From Candidatus Woesearchaeota archaeon (lineage in GTDB: Archaea > Nanobdellota > Nanobdellia > Woesearchaeales > GW2011-AR4): 64,000 nucleotides of DNA. The notes below the pieces were generated by a model, which saw only the letters and a list, made by a program, of their open reading frames with translations, did not search any database and was not told the DNA's origin. A program made the translations under genes and the position numbers. Positions 18,789 through 27,645 of this stretch are shown piece by piece; the first letter of the stretch is position 1, and each line of letters starts with the position of its first letter. The stretch lies in the NCBI GenBank assembly GCA_016187495.1, contig JACPJP010000012.1:17031-81030 (forward strand), read 5' to 3'.

Positions 18789-19589
18789 GTGAAAATGAAG
18801 AAAGAAACAAATATAAAAAAGGTTAAACAAAATAAATCTAACTATATTTTTCTCATTTTGCTTATTTTAGCAGCTATCATAGTTGTAACTAACAATGCCT
18901 TTTTTTCAGGAACTGGGGCTGCAGTGCGTGGGGAAGGAACAAAAAAATCTAGCTTACCTGATTTGATAGCTTCAGGAGCAACTTTGCAAAATGTACAAAA
19001 AAAATTAATAGAGGGTAAACTACTTTTTCATATACAAGAAGGTGTGGGTGTTGCAAATATTGGCGGTGCAAGATCAAAAGCATCTGTTCTTCGTGCTGGT
19101 ATAATAGGTAATTCACTACAGAACGTTAGAGCAACGGTGTTTTATGTAGATTCGACTGGAAGACTTGTTACAAGCGCTACAACACAATACTTCACCTTAA
19201 CTAATAACGGTGCATATATTGATATTCCTGTGGATCCTCTAATGCCATATGATAAATATAAATGGGGCGACAATTACGCTGTCCTTTTCTTAGACGTTCC
19301 TATAAACATGCCGCCTACTAATGGAACAGTTGTTGAAACAAAATATGCTCTTTTCAGTGACGCTGATGTAACTAAACTTGTAACTGAATCAGATGAAATT
19401 AATAACTATATGGAAAAAGGTTATATTTTCCGCTGTGCTTTTCAGGATGACGATCTTTCTGTTTATCCTTATGCCCCTACTTGTTGCTTGCACAGAGTTG
19501 ATCCTTCATCACCTAGGTATATCATGTATGGAACATATTACTGCGAAGATTTTCCTCCTTATAATCCATTATACTTACCTGCTGGATGA
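18789..19589 (+). CDS. Membrane-anchored surface protein with a CARDB-like domain
   Basis: N-terminal TM helix followed by the TGAAV motif; LPDL..VANIG..ESDEINN CARDB-like pattern. Confidence 0.6.
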   Translation: MKMKKETNIKKVKQNKSNYIFLILLILAAIIVVTNNAFFSGTGAAVRGEGTKKSSLPDLIASGATLQNVQKKLIEGKLLFHIQEGVGVANIGGARSKASVLRAGIIGNSLQNVRATVFYVDSTGRLVTSATTQYFTLTNNGAYIDIPVDPLMPYDKYKWGDNYAVLFLDVPINMPPTNGTVVETKYALFSDADVTKLVTESDEINNYMEKGYIFRCAFQDDDLSVYPYAPTCCLHRVDPSSPRYIMYGTYYCEDFPPYNPLYLPAG

Positions 19590-19673
19590 TTTACTTCCAT
19601 ATATTTTCTCAACTGAAAATTCCCATTTACCTTCTAACGAAAGTTTTTTAAAAGCCCAGACATTAGTTTAGAC

Positions 19674-20168
19674 ATGGATTTGATAGACCAATTTAAGGAC
19701 CCCAATGGAGAAATAAGCAGGGAAAACATCAAGCAGATAATACCTTATGACGATGATTTTTTGTTTATTGATCGGGTTTTAAAGCTGGATAAAAAAAATA
19801 TCGTTGCTGTAAAAGAAGTCAAGGCTGATGAGCCGTATTTTAAGGGACATTTCAAGGGTTTCCCAATAATGCCAGGAGCCTTAATAGTAGAGGGCTTGGG
19901 CCAGGCAGCTACATTGCTTGTGAGGTACAACATACATAACCATGAAGAAAAAGATATACTTGCGTATAAGATAAGGGGCGCTAAATTTTTCAGGCCCACT
20001 TTCCCAGGCCAGACCTTGAGGTTTGAAGCCAGACTTTTTTTCATGTTCAAAAAAATAGCATTTGTAAATGGCAGTGTTTTCAGAAATGACAAGCTCACTG
20101 CAAAGGTAAATATGGTCTTGGCCATAGTTGATAAAAAATCGTTTAGGGAAAAGTACACAAAAAAATAA
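19674..20168 (+). CDS. fabZ: 3-hydroxyacyl-thioester dehydratase FabZ
   Basis: FLFIDRV and EPYFKGHFKGFPIMPGALIVEGLGQ (catalytic His/Glu); KFFRPTFPG. Confidence 0.9.
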   Translation: MDLIDQFKDPNGEISRENIKQIIPYDDDFLFIDRVLKLDKKNIVAVKEVKADEPYFKGHFKGFPIMPGALIVEGLGQAATLLVRYNIHNHEEKDILAYKIRGAKFFRPTFPGQTLRFEARLFFMFKKIAFVNGSVFRNDKLTAKVNMVLAIVDKKSFREKYTKK

Positions 20169-20180
20169 TGGAGAGGAAGA

Positions 20181-21238
20181 ATGTACATCAAAGGCGCTGG
20201 AATGACGAAGTTCGGGATACGTGCAGAAACAACACATGAGCTGTGTTATGAGGCTATTATGGAAGCTCTGGAAGATGCAGATATGCCCTTATCAGAAATA
20301 GATGAAATAATAATCTCAAAAGGGGGTTCAAGAAATGATGGGGAGAGGCAAAAGCTCTTTCCGGGTATGTTGAGCAGCATGCTCCAGGACCAGGATATAC
20401 CTATCATAAGGGTCATGGCTGCTTGCAGCGGGGGAGGAGCGGCAATATGGGATGCGGTGAATTCCAAAGATGGAAATATCCTTGTAGTTGGTGTTGATAA
20501 GCTCTCAACTGAGCCAACCAGCCTCATGACGGACGATTTGATGATGGCTTCAGAAAGGATTCACGAGCAGACGGAAGGCCTAAACTTTCCGGCCCAGAAC
20601 GCGCTCATTGCGCAGCAATATATGCTCAAGTATGGGGTATCAACTGATGACCTCGCATTAGTCGCACTAAAAAACCATGAGAATGCCTTCCTTAACCCCA
20701 AAGCAAGATTTTATGGAAAGAAAGTTACATTGGATATGATACCGCCATATTAAGCAATGAAAAAAGCGACATAGAGATAATAGGCTCCTCATTATACACT
20801 GACAGGCTCTCAGTATTTGAATCAAAAGATATGACGTCATGGGCAGCCACAAGACTGGCAGCTCAGTCCGCTTACCAGCAAGCTGGAATAACCCAGAAAG
20901 ATATTGATTTTGTTGAGCTGCATGATGCTTTTACGTCCGTTGAATTGATGGCTTACGAGGATCTGGGTTTCGCTGAAAGAGGGGAAGGCAAGAAGCTGAT
21001 AAAGAAAGGCATAACAAAAATGAATGGAAAACTCCCGGTAAACGCCTCAGGAGGATTAAAAGCAAAGGGGCATCCCATCAGTGCTACAGGGGTGAGCCAG
21101 ATATATGAGATAGTGAGGCAAATGAGAAAGCAAGCTGGCAAAAGGCAACTTGATAATATTGGAATAGGCTTAGCCCACAATGTAGGGGGAGTAGGCAGCA
21201 CTGTTACGGTACATATAATAAAGCATGTTGGTGGTTAA
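20181..21238 (+). pseudogene. Archaeal/SCP2-type thiolase 1, split (20181-20753 plus 20744-21238) by a ~70-nt deletion; probably an assembly artefact
   Basis: GAGMTKFG, AACSGG (catalytic Cys), ELHDAF, NASGGLKAKGHPISATG and AHNVGG motifs. The break falls exactly at the end of the 141-bp repeat. Confidence 0.85.
20601..20741 (+). repeat. 141-bp exact direct repeat, copy 1
   Basis: gcgctcattg...ttggatatgata is identical to 23144-23284, while the flanks are diverged. Confidence 0.93.
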
Positions 21239-21240
21239 TA

Positions 21241-22692
21241 ATGATAATAAGATGGGTTTGTGAAAAAGACAACAAAAAATGGATGTATCCCATCCAAAAA
21301 TGCATTTACTGCAAAGGACCCGTAAAGAAACAGGTAAGCAGAAAAGCAAGAGTTATAGGTATAACGAAAGTAAACATACCTTCCCCAATGCATCCGATTA
21401 TACCCTACAATGTTATTCTGCTTGAGGACGAGCATGGCAACAAGATGCCAAAAAAGACTATGAAGGACTATAAGATAGGGGATGAATACAAAATTGAAAA
21501 GGCGAAATCTGACAGTGGCGTTATTGCAACAAAAATAAAGTATGACTTGTACGAGGCTTTAAAATCATCCTTGGAGTTACTAAACTCTTTTGATGTAATG
21601 GAAAATGATAAAGTGCTGATAAAGCCGAGCATAATAGAGCCAGCTTACAGCTATTCAGCAGTAAATACTAACCCAAAAATACTTGATGCCCTAATAACTT
21701 TCCTGAAAGAAAAGAATGTAAATGATATAATTGTAGCTGAGCAGGCAATGGTTGGCAATGATACCTTAGACTCTGCAAAAAAATCTGGAATGTTAGAAGT
21801 ATGTGAAAAGCATAATGTGGGTTTCGTTGACCTTAAAAAGGCAGAGTATGCAGAAAAAGAAGCTGAAGGGTTTAAATTTGAGGTTGCCAAATATTTCTTC
21901 GAAAGAAAAGTTATAAATATTCCTGTTATGAAAACCAACTCCCAGATTGGTATTTCTGGAGCAGTTGAAAATATGGTAAGATGCGCGCATAAGGATACGC
22001 AAAAAAATATGTTTAAGCACGATATAGAAAAGACCTTGCCCAAGCTGATTAAAACCCTGCCTCATTTCATAACCATAGGGGATGCTACAATAGGCATGCA
22101 TGGCCAAGGCCCGACCTCTCTGGGAGAGCCTGCATTTTTGAATATGCTTTTTGCGAGCAAGGATCCTGTTGCTTTAGATGCAGTTTTCGTGGAAATGGGA
22201 ATGATGGAGATGCCTCAATACCTAAAAGAATGCGGTTCTTTAGGATTAGGGAACTGCGACTCAAAAACAATCGAAGTAGTAGGAGACGAATTGGAGGCTA
22301 TAAAGTTCTCTCTCAAGCCTGCTAAAAAAAATGAAAGCGCGCACCCAAAAATAAAGCTTATCGATGGTAAAGCAGATCCTTATATTTTTAATTCGGCAAT
22401 AAAATCAACAGCTAAGCTTATTGGATTATCAGGACAGGAGATTAACCTTGCCATAGGCTCGCAACTGACAAAAGATATGATAGCAGATAAAAACCGCTTG
22501 GTTGCATATGGAAATGATGCGATTGAAAAAATAAAATCGTTAGGAATAACTCCAATTGCAGAAATACCTGAAGGTATAGACGATCTTGAAAAGATTATAT
22601 TGCTAAAAAGTATCCTGGAGAACCCTGAAAAGGAAGGCATTACTATTGCAGATAAAATAAAATCAAAATTTTTAAGTTGGGTGCAAAAATAA
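21241..22692 (+). CDS. DUF35-like Zn-ribbon/OB domain fused to a DUF362 domain
   Basis: N-terminal CEKD..YPIQKCIYC..IPYNVILLE..KIGD, followed by DUF362-like KVLIKPS, NTNP, INIPVMKT, DATIGMHGQGP and ASKDPVALD. Confidence 0.75.
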   Translation: MIIRWVCEKDNKKWMYPIQKCIYCKGPVKKQVSRKARVIGITKVNIPSPMHPIIPYNVILLEDEHGNKMPKKTMKDYKIGDEYKIEKAKSDSGVIATKIKYDLYEALKSSLELLNSFDVMENDKVLIKPSIIEPAYSYSAVNTNPKILDALITFLKEKNVNDIIVAEQAMVGNDTLDSAKKSGMLEVCEKHNVGFVDLKKAEYAEKEAEGFKFEVAKYFFERKVINIPVMKTNSQIGISGAVENMVRCAHKDTQKNMFKHDIEKTLPKLIKTLPHFITIGDATIGMHGQGPTSLGEPAFLNMLFASKDPVALDAVFVEMGMMEMPQYLKECGSLGLGNCDSKTIEVVGDELEAIKFSLKPAKKNESAHPKIKLIDGKADPYIFNSAIKSTAKLIGLSGQEINLAIGSQLTKDMIADKNRLVAYGNDAIEKIKSLGITPIAEIPEGIDDLEKIILLKSILENPEKEGITIADKIKSKFLSWVQK

Positions 22693-22708
22693 AAAAATAG
22701 ATTCTAAG

Positions 22709-23861
22709 ATGGCCATTTACATAAAAGGTGCAGGAATGACGAAATTTGATGTTGACCAGAGAAATTCTTACGAGCGCATATATGAATGTGTAAACGAGGC
22801 TCTTGATTCAGGGAATGTGAGTATGAAAGATATAGAGGCCGTTTTCGTCTCAAACTGCGAGCCTGAAACCAATGGCGAAAGGCAAAGGCATACTGGCCCA
22901 ATGATAAGCAGCATGTTCCAGAAAAAAATGCCCATAATAACAGTCCCTGCCGGATGCGGTGGTGGAGGAACAGCATTATGGAATGCTGCAGAATTCCAAA
23001 AAAAAAATAATATGAAAAACATACTTGTTATTGGGTTTGAGAAACTTGTTGCAAATTTATCAGAAAACATAACTGATGAGATGTTCATGGGCGGTGAGCG
23101 TATTTATGAGCAAGCAGAAGGTGTCATTTTTCCTGCCCAAAATGCGCTCATTGCGCAGCAATATATGCTCAAGTATGGGGTATCAACTGATGACCTCGCA
23201 TTAGTCGCACTAAAAAACCATGAGAATGCCTTCCTTAACCCCAAAGCAAGATTTTATGGAAAGAAAGTTACATTGGATATGATAATTGGATATGATAAGA
23301 AAATCTCCTGTAGTTGCTTCTCCGTTAAGGCTGTTTGACTGTAGCATACCATGCAACGGCGCGGCTGCTGTTATAATAGGCAGGGGCAAAACGGAGGTTG
23401 AGCTTGCTGGCTCTGGGTTAAGCACGAGCAAGTTGGCGAGCTTTGAAAGGGAAGACATGACCTCTTGGGACTCAACAATAAATGCTGCAAAAATAGCATA
23501 CAAAGAAGCAAATATAACTCCAAATGATATAGACATAGCAGAGGTTCATGACGCATTTACCCCTGTTGAGCTTATTTCTTATGAAGATTTGGGATTCTGC
23601 AAAAAAGGCGAGGGTCCTTACCTTATCAGGCAAGGGGCAACAAAAATTAATGGCAAGCTTCCTGTAAATACCTCTGGAGGATTGAAAGCAAAGGGTCATC
23701 CTATCAGCGCTACCGGAGTAAGCCAGATATATGAGCTTTTTCTGCAGCTGACAGGAAATGCAAAAGGCAGGCAGGTGGATAATGCCAATTATGGCTTGGC
23801 GCACAATACTGGTGGCGCAGGCAGCATGACCAGCGTGCATATACTAAAGAAAGCTATGTGA
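22709..23861 (+). pseudogene. Archaeal/SCP2-type thiolase 2, split by a 13-bp tandem duplication; probably an assembly artefact
   Basis: GAGMTKF, AGCGGG, PLRLFDCS, EVHDAF and GHPISATG motifs. ATTGGATATGATA is duplicated at 23272-23297; removing one copy restores a single ORF. Confidence 0.87.
23144..23284 (+). repeat. 141-bp exact direct repeat, copy 2
   Basis: Identical to 20601-20741. Confidence 0.93.
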
Positions 23862-23867
23862 TGGTTA

Positions 23868-24120
23868 GAGTATGTCTAAAAATCGCTTCGCGGGTTAGCC
23901 CACGATAATTGGAATGATGTTCTTGTTTGACATTTTCATTGTTTGACTGACCATAAAAACCAACCTTACGATGCTCGTCCATTTTGACTTTCATTTGTTT
24001 ATTTAATCATATTTCCTTTTTCATTAAAAATTCATATGGATAAAACCCTATTATTATTAATTTTTATTGAATAAATACTATGTTGCAATTAATGCTAACC
24101 TTTGTTTTTTAGACACGCCC
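23868..24120. mobile_element. MITE / internally deleted IS remnant (253 bp)
   Basis: Imperfect terminal inverted repeats GAGTATGTCTAAAAA and TTTTTAGACACGCCC (12/15), flanked by the direct repeats GTGATGGTTA (23858-23867) and GTGATGGCTA (24121-24130). Confidence 0.65.
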
Positions 24121-24127
24121 GTGATGG

Positions 24128-25531
24128 CTATTTTGGATTCAATATATGTATAGCCTTTCCCATTGTCGCTTCCGCAGCTTCCATTAAGCTTTCGCTCAAT
24201 GTAGGATGAGGGTGTATTGTCAAAGCTAAATCATCCAAAGTAGCATTCATCTTTATTGCCAAAGCTGCTTCGCTTATAAGATCAGAAGCTTCGCTTCCGA
24301 CAATTTGAACACCAAGAAGTTTATTGCTTTTTTCGTCTGCAATTACCTTGACAAATCCGTCTGTCGCATTTCTTGTCATTGCCCTGCTTGACGCCCTAAA
24401 AGGGAACTTTCCAGTTTTTATCTTAATCCCATTATCTTTAGCTTCTTTCTCATCCATTCCGACTGTAGCAATCTCTAGATCTGTAAATATTACTGCAGGC
24501 ACGACAATATTTTCATATGCGCCTTTATTTCCTGCTATTGCCTCTGCAACAAATTTTCCTTGGCTTGAAGCCTTGTGCGCTAGCATTGGTCCTGTAGAAA
24601 CGTCCCCAATAGCATAAATATTCCCATCAGTTGTCCTCAAAGTTTGGTCTACTTTTATAAACCCCTTATCATTTAACTTTACTTTTGTATTTTCAAGCCC
24701 TATACTATTTGTCGCTGGGATTCTTCCAACAGCTACAAGCAAGGTATCGGCATTAATTGCCAGATTGCCTTTGTCTTTTGATTCTATTGTTACTTTTCCA
24801 TTCTCAAACTTGCTGGCTTTTGAATTGAGGAATATATTAATACCTAGCTTATCCAAATTTTTTTGCAGCACATTAACTATTTCATTATCAAAACCAGGAA
24901 GAATCTGGCTTTCCATCTCTATAACATTGACTTTGCTTCCGAGTTTTGCATACACAATGCCCAATTCCATGCCTATATAACCTCCACCTATAACTGCAAG
25001 ATTTTTTGGAATTTGGTTAAGGTATAATGCTTCTGTTGAACTTATTATCCTCTTTCCATCAAACTTAAATCCTGGCAATTCAACAGGCTTTGAGCCGACT
25101 GCAATTATTGCCTTTTCGAATTCAATATGATTAATATTCTTGCCATCTGCAACTTTTAATTTATTCGAGCCTTCAAAATATGCTTCTCCCCTAACAACCC
25201 TTATTTTGTTCTGTTTGCATAATAATTCAATGCCGTTATTTAACTTGGATATTATCCCATCCTTCCACTCTTGCATTTTATTGAAGTTCATTGTAACCTT
25301 GCCAACACTAATGCCCATATTTTCTGATTTTTTTATCTTGTCAAGAAATTCAGCTGCGTAGATCATTGCCTTTGATGGAATGCATCCGTAATTAAGGCAT
25401 ATCCCACCTAATTTATCCTTGTCAACTAAAACTACATTTTTCCCGAGCTGCGCCAGCCTTATTGCTGCTACATAGCCTCCTGGCCCTGCGCCTATTACAG
25501 CTACTTCCGTGCTTAATATGTTCGAATCCAT
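24128..25531 (-). CDS. lpdA: Dihydrolipoamide dehydrogenase (E3)
   Basis: GAGPGGYVAA, GGICLNYGCIPSK redox disulfide, GGGYIG and HPTLSE motifs. ATG 25531 is preferred. Confidence 0.95.
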   Translation of the reverse strand: MDSNILSTEVAVIGAGPGGYVAAIRLAQLGKNVVLVDKDKLGGICLNYGCIPSKAMIYAAEFLDKIKKSENMGISVGKVTMNFNKMQEWKDGIISKLNNGIELLCKQNKIRVVRGEAYFEGSNKLKVADGKNINHIEFEKAIIAVGSKPVELPGFKFDGKRIISSTEALYLNQIPKNLAVIGGGYIGMELGIVYAKLGSKVNVIEMESQILPGFDNEIVNVLQKNLDKLGINIFLNSKASKFENGKVTIESKDKGNLAINADTLLVAVGRIPATNSIGLENTKVKLNDKGFIKVDQTLRTTDGNIYAIGDVSTGPMLAHKASSQGKFVAEAIAGNKGAYENIVVPAVIFTDLEIATVGMDEKEAKDNGIKIKTGKFPFRASSRAMTRNATDGFVKVIADEKSNKLLGVQIVGSEASDLISEAALAIKMNATLDDLALTIHPHPTLSESLMEAAEATMGKAIHILNPK

Positions 25532-25620
25532 GATATATAGATGAGGTATACCATTAATAAATCTAACGCTTATTTGCAATAATTCTAGCTTCATGAATTG
25601 AAACCATTTGATTTTATTAT

Positions 25621-25749
25621 TATGCTCCCGGCAATTTTACTGCTCGCTTAATAATCATAATAAAACTATTGTTATGATTAGGCGAGGCAAAATTTATTGG
25701 CAGGAAAAATTTTGCCGAGCAGTAAAATTCGGCTGAGCGTAGCGAAGCC
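25621..25749. repeat. Dispersed structured repeat, copy 2 (complete multibranch palindrome)
   Basis: Outer stem AATTTTACTGCTCG (25633-25646) / CGAGCAGTAAAATT (25716-25729) encloses two hairpins. The right part matches 11700-11751. Confidence 0.75.
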
Positions 25750-25873
25750 AAATTGAAATTTAATAAAAAATCAATTTCAAAAGGCAGAATAAATTTAATT
25801 AATTTCCCCTTACTAAATAGCCCTTTAAAAAGACAAGATTTAAAAAGTTCTTGCTCATTCTTGATAGTGTAAA

Positions 25874-26851
25874 ATGTCTATTGCGGTGATTATAAAAGAG
25901 CCAGAATCGTGGAAGCCTGACAGGCCTGCCTCTAGCGGTGCGATTGCATTTCATAATGCGGTTATTAACGCTTCTTGGCTGCATGATTGTGTAGATAAGT
26001 TGACAGAATTTGCTGCTCCGAGAATCAAGGAAAATGACATCGTAGTTGATTTCGGGGCAGGAACTGGAACGTCTTCTGCCAGGATACTAAAAAGATTTGA
26101 TAACAGGATAAGGTTGTGGCTTGTAGACAATTCTCCAGCATGGCTCGGTAAAGCTTACGAGTACTTACATTCTAGGCAAAATGTAAAATTCTTTGTCTTG
26201 GAAAAGAAAAATGATCATTACTCGACTTTATCTGAAACCGTTGGCAAAGAGTCCGTTAACCAAGTATTATCTGCCAATACCATCCATTTGATTCCAAACC
26301 TCAAGGAAACTTTTAGGGGTATTTTTGATTCCTTAAAGCCGAATGGCTCTTTTATTTTCAACAGTGGGAATATTGAGAGAGAAGGTAAGCCGAAAGGTGC
26401 TTTGATGCTGGATTCCACTGTTTATAGAGTACATGACATTGCAATAGACTTAATAAAAAAAATGCCAAAATTCAAAGAATATAGGGAAGGCCTTGACAAG
26501 CGGATAAAAGAATTTTTGCCCCAAAGAAAATTTATTTTTCCTTACCCTAAGGACATTAAAGATTATTTAGGGGCTGTTAAGGATGCTGGATTCCGGCAAA
26601 TAAAGGAATATTATTCATGCTTCAGAGTAAAATATTCTGATTATCTTGACTTTTTGAAGGTAAAAAGGTTGCAGGCAGGAATGCTGCCAGAAGTAGGCGG
26701 TTTAGAGCCAAATAAGAAGGAAATTCAGGATAGGGATGAATTAATAACCCTAGCTTCGTTGCAGCTTTTTGACGAGCTTAGGAAAAATAATCCCTTGGCA
26801 GACGATAAAGCCTGGCAATGTGAATGGGCATATATTGCTGGAGTTAAATAA
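25874..26851 (+). CDS. Class I SAM-dependent methyltransferase
   Basis: VVDFGAGTG motif I, LVDNS, SANTIHL and LKPNGSF motifs. Confidence 0.85.
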   Translation: MSIAVIIKEPESWKPDRPASSGAIAFHNAVINASWLHDCVDKLTEFAAPRIKENDIVVDFGAGTGTSSARILKRFDNRIRLWLVDNSPAWLGKAYEYLHSRQNVKFFVLEKKNDHYSTLSETVGKESVNQVLSANTIHLIPNLKETFRGIFDSLKPNGSFIFNSGNIEREGKPKGALMLDSTVYRVHDIAIDLIKKMPKFKEYREGLDKRIKEFLPQRKFIFPYPKDIKDYLGAVKDAGFRQIKEYYSCFRVKYSDYLDFLKVKRLQAGMLPEVGGLEPNKKEIQDRDELITLASLQLFDELRKNNPLADDKAWQCEWAYIAGVK

Positions 26852-26852
26852 T

Positions 26853-27587
26853 ATGCTGAAGGGAAAAGTAGCGTTAGTTACCGGAGCTTCTAGAGGCATT
26901 GGAAGCTCCATAGCTTTTGAGATGGCAAAGGAGGGTGCAGATATTATTGTTAATTATGCCAGCAGCAGCAAAAATGCCGAAGAAGTGGTCGATAAAATAA
27001 AAAAAATGGGGAATAAGGCTATATCTATAAAAGCCGATGTTTCTAATTATAATGAAGTGGCTAAAATGTTTGAACTCGTTAAATCAGAATTTAAAAAAAT
27101 TGACATACTGGTAAATAATGCAGGCATTGTCAGGGACAGGACATTAAGGAATATGTCGCAGGAAGAATGGAACAATGTCCTAAATACCAATTTAAGCAGT
27201 GTATTTAATGTTACCAAGCAAGCCCTCCAGTTAATGGGAGACGGTGGCAGGATAATTAACATATCCTCTATTGTAGGGCAGTATGGCAATTTTGGCCAGA
27301 CCAACTACGCGGCTGCAAAGGCAGGAATAATAGGGCTTACTAAATCACTAGCAAAAGAGCTTGGCAAGAGGAAGATAACGGTAAATGCTATTGCTCCTGG
27401 ATTCATAAAAACGGATATAATAAAAGATATGCCTTTTTTCAAAAGGAAGATTATCAGGTATATGATACCATTGAAGGAAGAAGGCAATCCAGAGGATGTG
27501 GCAAATGCTGTTGTTTTCCTTGCATCAGAAAAATCACGCTATATCACTGGTTCTGTAATTAATGTTGATGGCGGCTTAGCTTTTTGA
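26853..27587 (+). CDS. fabG: 3-oxoacyl-thioester reductase FabG / acetoacetyl-CoA reductase PhaB-like SDR
   Basis: TGASRGIG, NNAGI, GNFGQTNYAAAKAG, VNAIAPGFI and VDGG motifs. The ATG lies 1 nt after the methyltransferase stop. Confidence 0.9.
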   Translation: MLKGKVALVTGASRGIGSSIAFEMAKEGADIIVNYASSSKNAEEVVDKIKKMGNKAISIKADVSNYNEVAKMFELVKSEFKKIDILVNNAGIVRDRTLRNMSQEEWNNVLNTNLSSVFNVTKQALQLMGDGGRIINISSIVGQYGNFGQTNYAAAKAGIIGLTKSLAKELGKRKITVNAIAPGFIKTDIIKDMPFFKRKIIRYMIPLKEEGNPEDVANAVVFLASEKSRYITGSVINVDGGLAF

Positions 27588-27645
27588 CACAATAAGCATG
27601 GTTAGTGCGAAGCAATTCTGAGAAGTCAAGTCAGCAAGCAGAAAA

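Noticed and set aside
20181-23861. Programmed ribosomal frameshifting, or a naturally two-subunit thiolase
   Set aside because: There is no slippery heptamer at either break. The lesions are a ~70-nt deletion and a 13-bp duplication at the edge of an exact repeat, which fits mis-assembly or mutation.
20181-23861. Standard mevalonate thiolase-DUF35-HMGCS operon
   Set aside because: No HMG-CoA synthase or reductase is present in the window; the operon instead begins with fabZ.
11700-25749. CRISPR repeats
   Set aside because: There are only two copies, 14 kb apart, with no spacer array and no cas genes.
25874-27587. BioC-type pimelate/biotin biosynthesis
   Set aside because: No bioF/A/D/B or bioH is present, the organism encodes a BioY importer, and the methyltransferase is not recognisably BioC.
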